DNA of 64,000 bases from an uncultured virus (IMG/VR IMGVR_UViG_3300032323_004022) (Duplodnaviria; Heunggongvirae; Uroviricota; Caudoviricetes). The translations under genes and the position numbers were made by a program. The notes below the pieces were generated by a model, which worked only from the letters and a program-made list of their open reading frames with translations, did no database searches and was not told the DNA's origin. The first letter of the stretch is position 1. Each line of letters begins with the position of its first letter. The stretch lies in the IMG/VR virus record IMGVR_UViG_3300032323_004022; one strand, 5' to 3'. Positions 40,054 to 46,851 of the stretch are shown here, piece after piece.

Positions 40054-40224
40054 AATCATTTACCTCCTTACATAAAAATAGTCCGCTGGCATCAATTTAT
40101 CCGCCAGTGGACTATAATAGTATACACCGTAAGTAAGTTTGTATCCTATTAAGGTTTCTTAATAAAAGTTGAGCTATGTTTTGCAAGGAATAATAAATTG
40201 CCTATTGCGCATTGGAGGTGTGCT

Positions 40225-40578
40225 ATGTTTCATCAAACCATCGTCGGCAAACCAAAATGTTGTCTTAATCGTAATTGCAAAGCACAATTTACTAAAGCCT
40301 CTCATCTGGGTTGGCTACCTAAATCAGAAGTTGAAGTGCATGCAATTATGAGATGCCCAAAATGCAAAGACACATTTGCAGTTACTCAACTTATGTCTAT
40401 GGCTCACGATTATAGATCAAATTTGCCAAAAGACGAGAGTAAATTATCTCCTAATGGACCAATAACAAAAAAAGAAACATTGGACTTTAAGAAAAAGTTA
40501 GATAATAAAGATTCATTGAAAGAATTAATGGAAGGTTATGTTCCAGGAGGCACGGTTTTACCAGACGATTCAGAATAA
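40225..40578 (+). CDS. Zinc-ribbon-like hypothetical protein
   Basis: CLNRNC and CPKC pairs. GGAGGTG SD before ATG 40225 (the track start is TTG 40198). Confidence 0.7.
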   Translation: MFHQTIVGKPKCCLNRNCKAQFTKASHLGWLPKSEVEVHAIMRCPKCKDTFAVTQLMSMAHDYRSNLPKDESKLSPNGPITKKETLDFKKKLDNKDSLKELMEGYVPGGTVLPDDSE

Positions 40579-40593
40579 TGTACAATTATTCTT

Positions 40594-42285
40594 ATGAGTC
40601 ATGCTATTGGAATTGATTTAGGGTCTACTTTTAGTGTTGTTTCTTATGTAAACGAGAACGATCAAGCTGAAGTTATTCCAAACGATTTAGGCGAAAGAAT
40701 TACTCCAAGTGTTGTATCATTTGGAGATGAAGTATATATAGGGCAATATGCTGTCGATATGGAACAGCATTTGCCCTTTTCTCACACTATACGTGTTGTT
40801 AAAAGACATATGGGAACTAATAAGAGATTTGTCATTGAAGATAAATCTTACAGTCCAGAAGAAATTTCATCTTACATATTAAAATATTTAAAAAATTGTG
40901 CCGAAAGACATTTGGGTTCTGAAGTCACTGAAGCTGTAATTACTGTCCCCGCCTATTTTAACAATGATCAAAGACAATCAACAAAAACAGCTGGAGAACT
41001 AGCTGGATTAAAAGTGCTGCGAATTATCAATGAACCAACAGCAGCATCTTTGGCATATGGATTAGATAAGAAGAATGATGCCACTATTCTTGTTTATGAC
41101 CTTGGTGGCGGAACATTTGATGTAACCTTGCTCAAACTAATGGATGGAGTTGATTTTCACGTCCAATCTACATCAGGAAATACATCTCTCGGCGGTGTAG
41201 ACTTTGATTCTGCTATAAGTGAAATCATTTGCAATAAAATCACTAATACATTGAACCCTGCTGAATTAAGAAACATATCAGAGAAAGCCAAAAAAATGCT
41301 TTCCCATATGACAGTTGCAAATGTAATGGTTGGAAAAGAACCAACAAAAATTACTCGTGAAGAATTTGAAAAGTCCATCAAGTCTTATATAGATAAAACT
41401 TTAGCTTGTGTAAATGATGCATTAAGGGACGCAAACGTAAAGTCTGACAAAATTGATGAAGTTGTTTTTGTAGGTGGCAGCACTAGAATTCCAATGATTG
41501 AAAGAGTCATTGAAGAAAAGTTCGGAAAAAAGCCTAATAAGTCAATTAATCCCGATGAAGCCGTATCGATAGGGGCAGCAATCCAAGCATCGGTTTTGAC
41601 AGGAAAATCAAGCAGAGAAGTGTTTCTTTTAGATGTCTGCCCTCTTTCATTAGGCGTAGAGACTCAAGGTGGAATTATGAGTATCTTAATTTCAAGAAAT
41701 ACACAAGTTCCAGCAGTTGTTAAGGAAATCTTTACAACTGCATACGATAATCAATCTTCTGTTGATGTAAAGATACATCAAGGGGAAAGACCAAAAACAA
41801 TTGATAATTTGTGTCTTGGAGAATTTAAGCTTGATGGCATTGAAGAGAAGCCTAGAGGATTACCTAAAATTGAAGTGGCATTTGAAATTGATGCAAATGG
41901 TATACTTTCAGTTAAGGCTCAAGATTTAGATACTGGAGTCAATAAAGATATTGAGATTACTGGCCAAACATCGTTATCAAATGAAGAAATATCAAAAATT
42001 ATTAACGACGCACAAAAACACAAAGAAGAAGATGAACGCTTTAGAAAGATTACAAATATGCACGATCTTCTTTATGATTGTGAAATTCAAATTGAAGAAT
42101 TACTTAGAACAAATGTATTAAGTAGCGAAGATATGAATGATTTAAAAGACCTCAAGAACTCCATTGAAGAAGATGGTAAGAGTCAAAACATAGAGTTAAT
42201 ATCAAGTCTTTTAGAATCAGCAAAAGATACAATAAAAGAGAAATCTTTATTAGTGCATGAAATAGCAAAAGAGAAGATGAAATGA
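40594..42285 (+). CDS. dnaK: Hsp70/DnaK chaperone, compact and divergent (563 aa)
   Basis: GIDLGST, TVPAYF, RIINEPTAA, DLGGGTFD, VGGSTRIP, linker VFLLDV and IEVAFEIDANG. Confidence 0.95.
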   Translation: MSHAIGIDLGSTFSVVSYVNENDQAEVIPNDLGERITPSVVSFGDEVYIGQYAVDMEQHLPFSHTIRVVKRHMGTNKRFVIEDKSYSPEEISSYILKYLKNCAERHLGSEVTEAVITVPAYFNNDQRQSTKTAGELAGLKVLRIINEPTAASLAYGLDKKNDATILVYDLGGGTFDVTLLKLMDGVDFHVQSTSGNTSLGGVDFDSAISEIICNKITNTLNPAELRNISEKAKKMLSHMTVANVMVGKEPTKITREEFEKSIKSYIDKTLACVNDALRDANVKSDKIDEVVFVGGSTRIPMIERVIEEKFGKKPNKSINPDEAVSIGAAIQASVLTGKSSREVFLLDVCPLSLGVETQGGIMSILISRNTQVPAVVKEIFTTAYDNQSSVDVKIHQGERPKTIDNLCLGEFKLDGIEEKPRGLPKIEVAFEIDANGILSVKAQDLDTGVNKDIEITGQTSLSNEEISKIINDAQKHKEEDERFRKITNMHDLLYDCEIQIEELLRTNVLSSEDMNDLKDLKNSIEEDGKSQNIELISSLLESAKDTIKEKSLLVHEIAKEKMK

Positions 42286-42674
42286 AGAAAGTTGGATTAT
42301 GGGCATCTATAATTTGTGCCATTCATTGTACTTTAGTGCCTTTGCTTATTATTTTAATACCAACTACTGGTGTTTATCTATTTATTAATGAAACATTTGA
42401 GTTTGTATTATTGGGGCTTTCATTATTATTCAATATAACAAATGTATGTTTTGGATATAGGCAACACAAATCTAATAAAGCTGTAGCTGTTTTAGCATTA
42501 GGATTATTTATTTTTGTAATTGGCAGATTGATGCATCATCATAACCATCATAATGGAATTCAATTTGATTTATTCAATGTATTTATGGTGGCAGGTGGAT
42601 TGTTAATGGCTTTGTCATCTTTGATAAATGACAAATTGTGCAAACATTGTAAAACTTGTGGAATAAAGAAATGA
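42282..42674 (+). CDS. MerC-family membrane protein
   Basis: GLWASIICAIHCTLVPLL signature, GYRQHK, four hydrophobic segments, HHHNHH loop and C-terminal CKHCKTC. Confidence 0.8.
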   Translation: MKKVGLWASIICAIHCTLVPLLIILIPTTGVYLFINETFEFVLLGLSLLFNITNVCFGYRQHKSNKAVAVLALGLFIFVIGRLMHHHNHHNGIQFDLFNVFMVAGGLLMALSSLINDKLCKHCKTCGIKK

Positions 42675-43162
42675 AAGACAAAAAAATAGATAGGCATTCA
42701 CTTGATAACGGAGATCGTTACGAGCTTATACCTATCTTAATTGAAAGTGTTGTTGTAAACCCCGAAGGCAGATCTTTTGTAGTATTGAGTGATGGGGACA
42801 AAAAATCAGCTTGTGAAATTAATTCTTATGAATCTGGAATGTTAACTTTTGTAGCTAAAGATTATCATAAAAATTCTCATATACAAACTATACATCAGGC
42901 TTTTATTAAACTTTTAGAAATATACAAATCTGATGTTGAGAGTGTTGAGATCGAGAATAAAGTTGGTGATGTAATCTATACATCAGTGAAATTTTTGGAT
43001 AAAAATTTGAATAATTTTTATTTAATTATGTCTTTGTGTGATGGAATCATCTTGTCCATATTATCCCAAACCAATTTAAAAATTGTTTTTGATGTTTGGG
43101 ATAATATGGAACCTTTAGATGAAGACTGGGATTACGAAAATTTTATGTTCGACGAAGACTAA
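42671..43162 (+). CDS. Bifunctional-nuclease (DUF151)-like protein, divergent
   Basis: VVLSD...I.SYES...TIHQAF..LL...VESVEIENKVGDVIYT...DGIILS follows the DUF151 pattern; ATGA overlap. Confidence 0.65.
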   Translation: MKDKKIDRHSLDNGDRYELIPILIESVVVNPEGRSFVVLSDGDKKSACEINSYESGMLTFVAKDYHKNSHIQTIHQAFIKLLEIYKSDVESVEIENKVGDVIYTSVKFLDKNLNNFYLIMSLCDGIILSILSQTNLKIVFDVWDNMEPLDEDWDYENFMFDED

Positions 43163-43167
43163 ACTAA

Positions 43168-44187
43168 TTAGACAACGTAGCACATAAAGTCAAAGTCAAC
43201 AGTCAAGATACCAGTACTTACAGAGAAGTTGGTAGCATTGATGATTGCTTTTGATAATCCGATACCAGGAATCAAGCTACCCCAAGTTGGAGCAACATTA
43301 GCAAATCCAGTTTGTTGAGCAATTTCAAGAGCAAATGTGACATCACCAGCGCTTGCAAGAACTGTTCTACCTGCAGATTGAGTTGTAACACCAGCAGTAG
43401 TTTCAGAAGCATATGTTGAACCAACAACAACAGCGCCTTTACCCTTACCGGAAATGGTCAAACCATTGACTCCAATGTGTGGGAATTGAGTTCCATACTT
43501 GTAGGAAATACCATTACCAGAAAGAACTGAAGGTAATGAAGTACCACCACCACCACTTAATTGGTAGCCAATGTTAGGATCAGAGAAGTCATAAGGGTTG
43601 ATGAAGTAGGTTTTTTGAGTTTCTACATTTACGTCAACATTAGCTTCTTGAATAAAGTATTTTCTTTCACCGATTTGAGCTCTAAAGTCGTAAAAACGAG
43701 CTACTCTTGTAGGGCCAAATGCAGTAGTTCCAGAACCACCAGTACCAACAGGATTCAAGGATGGGTGAGGAGTATTAGAGTTTACAACATAGAATGCTGA
43801 ATTACCAATACCAGAATCACCATCACTCTCAAGGGTAAGAGAAACAGATCCGCCACCTTCATTAATGCTAAATGAAGCTGACTTAAGAATAGGTAATGTA
43901 GCAGAGGTAGGGTCTAGAATTTCATTGATTTTTTGTGTTGCGATAGCTCTTCCATCAGCTGAAGCACCACCACCAATCAAAATAGGAGCTTGGATGGAGA
44001 TGGTTTCTGTTACTCCACCGATGTCCATAATTCTAGTTTTAGGACTTCCTTGCATCAATACTTTAGGTGAAGCATCAATTGTGACACTTCTACTGGCACT
44101 TTCAACAATGTATGATCTAGCAGTTCCACCAGCAACTGTAATAAACACTGATTTGTAAATACCAAGGATATCATTATTAATAGGCAT
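43168..44187 (-). CDS. Putative tail tube / major structural protein
   Basis: 339 aa, beta-rich, with two internally similar halves; paralogous to the adjacent 316-aa gene; has its own promoter motif. Confidence 0.5.
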   Translation of the reverse strand: MPINNDILGIYKSVFITVAGGTARSYIVESASRSVTIDASPKVLMQGSPKTRIMDIGGVTETISIQAPILIGGGASADGRAIATQKINEILDPTSATLPILKSASFSINEGGGSVSLTLESDGDSGIGNSAFYVVNSNTPHPSLNPVGTGGSGTTAFGPTRVARFYDFRAQIGERKYFIQEANVDVNVETQKTYFINPYDFSDPNIGYQLSGGGGTSLPSVLSGNGISYKYGTQFPHIGVNGLTISGKGKGAVVVGSTYASETTAGVTTQSAGRTVLASAGDVTFALEIAQQTGFANVAPTWGSLIPGIGLSKAIINATNFSVSTGILTVDFDFMCYVV

Positions 44188-44248
44188 TTTATCAACTCAC
44201 TTTCAAAAGATTTATTGACTTCTTTTGTTTTTTTAGGTTATTCAAAAT

Positions 44249-44275
44249 ATTCTTTATTTTATTGATGCTTACCTT
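44249..44275 (-). promoter_or_regulatory. Putative phage promoter AAGG-N17-AAGAAT
   Basis: Reverse strand AAGG-taagcatcaataaaata-AAGAAT upstream of 44187. Confidence 0.55.
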
Positions 44276-44276
44276 T

Positions 44277-45227
44277 TTAAACAAAAGTGAATAATCCATT
44301 GTCGTTCATAGAAGCATCAGGTTTATTAATTCCAGCCCATTCAGTGGTTCTCCTTATTATCTGAGAGGTCAAAGGAGTTTGTCCAATTTTGAAAACTGGG
44401 TTTGGAAATGTTGCAGTGGCTGGACCAAATTGCAAAACCAAATTAGAATCGTGCATCAATCCTCCGTGAATAAATGTATGTAAATCTGCTCCATTTCTTA
44501 TAACTTCAGCAACATTTCCACTCCATTTAGTAGATTGAACTCCAATTAATTCAATTTGATCTTTAGATTCTGTTACACCAGCTCCAGGGTAAGATAAGTA
44601 AGGCATTAAAAATACTGGCGTAACTAATTCGTTTTCAATTCTAACTTCAATACTAGATGTAGTTCTCATAGAAGACTCTTTTCTACTAGCATTGCAATCA
44701 GCCCAAGTTAAGACTCTACCCAAGATATAATCAGTGCTAAAATTAAATTCAGATTCATTTTCTTCATCAACCATACCAGTTACATCAATTCTTACCATCA
44801 CTTTGTTGCTTTCACTGCAAGATAATGTCAAACTACTAATTACTACAGAATCCAAAGAAAGATTTTTATTATTATCTGTTCCTGGGTCTAAAACAGTAGT
44901 AGTTTTCATTGAAAGTAAATGATGAGTATCAATTTTCAAAGCTGACATAGGTTTTGCTGCATATTGAAGTAGAGTAATAGCAGCAGATTCTAGATTTCCG
45001 TCTTGATCAACTCTTAATGGAAAAGAAATTGAACCTTCATATTTTTTTGCTCCAAGATTGTATATTGCATAAGCAGGCCCACCTTGAACATAGTTATTTA
45101 AGTTATGCTCTTGAACTTGATTAATATTGCACTCTTCAACAATAAGATAATTGCCATTGACGCAAATACTTTTTGTGTTTAGACCTGTTGAAAATTCGCC
45201 TCTAGTAAGAATGCCTGGAAAAGCCAT
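44277..45227 (-). CDS. Putative tail-tube-like protein, paralogue of 43168..44187
   Basis: YLIVEECNI...VQGGPAYAIYNLGAKKYEGSISFPL aligns with YIVESASR...MQGSPKTRIMDIGGVTETISIQAPI. Confidence 0.5.
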   Translation of the reverse strand: MAFPGILTRGEFSTGLNTKSICVNGNYLIVEECNINQVQEHNLNNYVQGGPAYAIYNLGAKKYEGSISFPLRVDQDGNLESAAITLLQYAAKPMSALKIDTHHLLSMKTTTVLDPGTDNNKNLSLDSVVISSLTLSCSESNKVMVRIDVTGMVDEENESEFNFSTDYILGRVLTWADCNASRKESSMRTTSSIEVRIENELVTPVFLMPYLSYPGAGVTESKDQIELIGVQSTKWSGNVAEVIRNGADLHTFIHGGLMHDSNLVLQFGPATATFPNPVFKIGQTPLTSQIIRRTTEWAGINKPDASMNDNGLFTFV

Positions 45228-45545
45228 TTACCACCTGTAATCTTTCACTTCAAAAAAACTTTTGAAAGTGGAATTGATAGTGCCTGATGCTTTCCAAGAA
45301 TATTTATAAGATCCTATTCTTGAAGGAGTCCATTCTTTAAAATAAATACCTACTGTATCTGTAGATTGCACAGGTTGAGAATTACCACTACCTGATCCAA
45401 TACCATAATAGTACGTATGCCCAATTCCACCAGGCTCAGTAATATAAAATGTCAAACTGTCTGCAGAAATTCCAGTACCACTTTCATTCTTGAGATGAGC
45501 GTAGATTTTAAGTGTAGTTCCTGATAAATATTCATTGTTGAGCAT
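45228..45545 (-). CDS. Small Ig-like structural protein (105 aa)
   Basis: VGIYFKEWTPSRIGSYKYSWKASG pattern; abuts the next gene. Confidence 0.6.
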   Translation of the reverse strand: MLNNEYLSGTTLKIYAHLKNESGTGISADSLTFYITEPGGIGHTYYYGIGSGSGNSQPVQSTDTVGIYFKEWTPSRIGSYKYSWKASGTINSTFKSFFEVKDYRW

Positions 45546-45558
45546 ATCAATATTCCAT

Positions 45559-46383
45559 TTAATAGTTATTTTTAGTTGAGTTATAATGCGATAAGATTTG
45601 ACTTGTAGTTAAAATTCCACTCGAAATAATAACTTCAGAAACTTTCCCATTTAAATATCTTGGGTAAGCATAAGTGGTGAAATCACTTCTTCCAATTTCT
45701 GTATGTAATGTCGGTGTGTAAATTGCAGAGATTGGTCCAGAATATCTTAAGATACCATCAACATATAAATCATTGGAAGTATCACTCTTTATATTAAGAG
45801 ACAGATGATTCCATGTATTTGAAGATAATGCAATTCCAGAGTTATACCATCTTACATTTCCGTATCTGATGTAAACATTTCCAGATGTTACGTACTCTTT
45901 ATTGATTGCTATGCCATATCCATTGAGGTTTTGTTCACTACCTACATAAACAATCATTTGCCCAGATTGAGATACTATTGACGAATTTACCCAGGTTGTT
46001 ATGTTTACATCATTTGTATTTGAGGTTACTGTAGTATTTATTCCAACATAATTGTTTGTTCCGTCAAAGAATAAATAATCAGCATTTCCACTGTTTACAT
46101 AATTGGTTCCATTGTAAAGATATCCGTTATTGCCGTATGTGCTTAAATCAAAAATAGTAAAGCCAGTGCCAGGATAAGAAGAAGAATTTGGAACAGAGAA
46201 ATACAATACAGTTGAACCAGATCCAGCACCACTAGTCCCACCAGTCCCTCCGGTTCCACCTGTGCCACCTGTGCCACCAGTGCCAGCTGTACCCCCAGAA
46301 GAAGATGCTACAAAAGCATTTATATAACTCTCTTCAAAAACGTATGCTCGATTAATCCATGATTTGATTGTTGCGTTGTTCAT
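45559..46383 (-). CDS. LamG/concanavalin-A-like lectin domain protein with GGT linker
   Basis: SYPGTG..IFDLSTYGNNG, FDGTNNYV, NTWNHL, LYVDG and LNGKVSEVII...LTTSQILSHYN. Confidence 0.85.
   Translation of the reverse strand: MNNATIKSWINRAYVFEESYINAFVASSSGGTAGTGGTGGTGGTGGTGGTSGAGSGSTVLYFSVPNSSSYPGTGFTIFDLSTYGNNGYLYNGTNYVNSGNADYLFFDGTNNYVGINTTVTSNTNDVNITTWVNSSIVSQSGQMIVYVGSEQNLNGYGIAINKEYVTSGNVYIRYGNVRWYNSGIALSSNTWNHLSLNIKSDTSNDLYVDGILRYSGPISAIYTPTLHTEIGRSDFTTYAYPRYLNGKVSEVIISSGILTTSQILSHYNSTKNNY
46234..46296 (-). repeat. Degenerate 9-bp tandem repeat encoding a (GGT)n linker
   Basis: ccacctgtg/ccaccagtg-type units encoding GGTAGTGGTGGTGGTGGTGGT. Confidence 0.8.
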
Positions 46384-46404
46384 AGTGTGGTCTCAATTGT
46401 TAAA

Positions 46405-46432
46405 ATTCCTATTTTCAGACCACTTTTACCTA
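46405..46432 (-). promoter_or_regulatory. Putative phage promoter TAGG-N18-AGGAAT
   Basis: Lies directly downstream of a terminator and upstream of 46383. Confidence 0.45.
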
Positions 46433-46433
46433 T

Positions 46434-46461
46434 AAAAAAAGCTCTAGAAAATCTAGAGCTT
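46434..46461 (-). terminator. Intrinsic terminator overlapping the stop codon of 46453..46839
   Basis: Reverse strand gctctaga-ttt-tctagagc followed by T7. Confidence 0.75.
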
Positions 46462-46839
46462 GAAAATTCTATCTGAAGTATTACTCCATTGAAGAGTAAT
46501 ATTTCCCCCGTTAGGAACTACTGGTAAATTTGATGATGTGTCAAAGTACGCAATTAGTTTTTTAGAAGTATCGTGAAAAATTATGTATTGAGTAATTGTA
46601 GTTCCAGCAACACCAGCTATTGTCAAATCGTTTGCATCTGCTACGCCTTTACCAGGAGTTATGTTGGTCATAACTCCTGATATAGCTACAGTTCCTCCAA
46701 CGCTTGATGTAGTAACGTGATTGATTAGATCAACAGTGTATTGATTTGAAAGCAAAATTACTTTAAAAGAATCTGCTGACCAATTAAATTCACCATTTAA
46801 GAAACCATCTCTGCCACTATCAAACAATGCGTTAGCCAT
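46453..46839 (-). CDS. Conserved phage structural protein of unknown function (128 aa)
   Basis: MANALF..G...FLNG and LPVVPNGGNITLQW...IFKL pattern familiar from phage tail regions. Confidence 0.7.
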   Translation of the reverse strand: MANALFDSGRDGFLNGEFNWSADSFKVILLSNQYTVDLINHVTTSSVGGTVAISGVMTNITPGKGVADANDLTIAGVAGTTITQYIIFHDTSKKLIAYFDTSSNLPVVPNGGNITLQWSNTSDRIFKL

Positions 46840-46851
46840 AATTTACACCTA

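Noticed and set aside
44204..44227. caaaaga/tcttttg inverted repeat in the leader of the tube-like gene
   Set aside because: A 7-bp AT-rich stem is expected by chance at this base composition.
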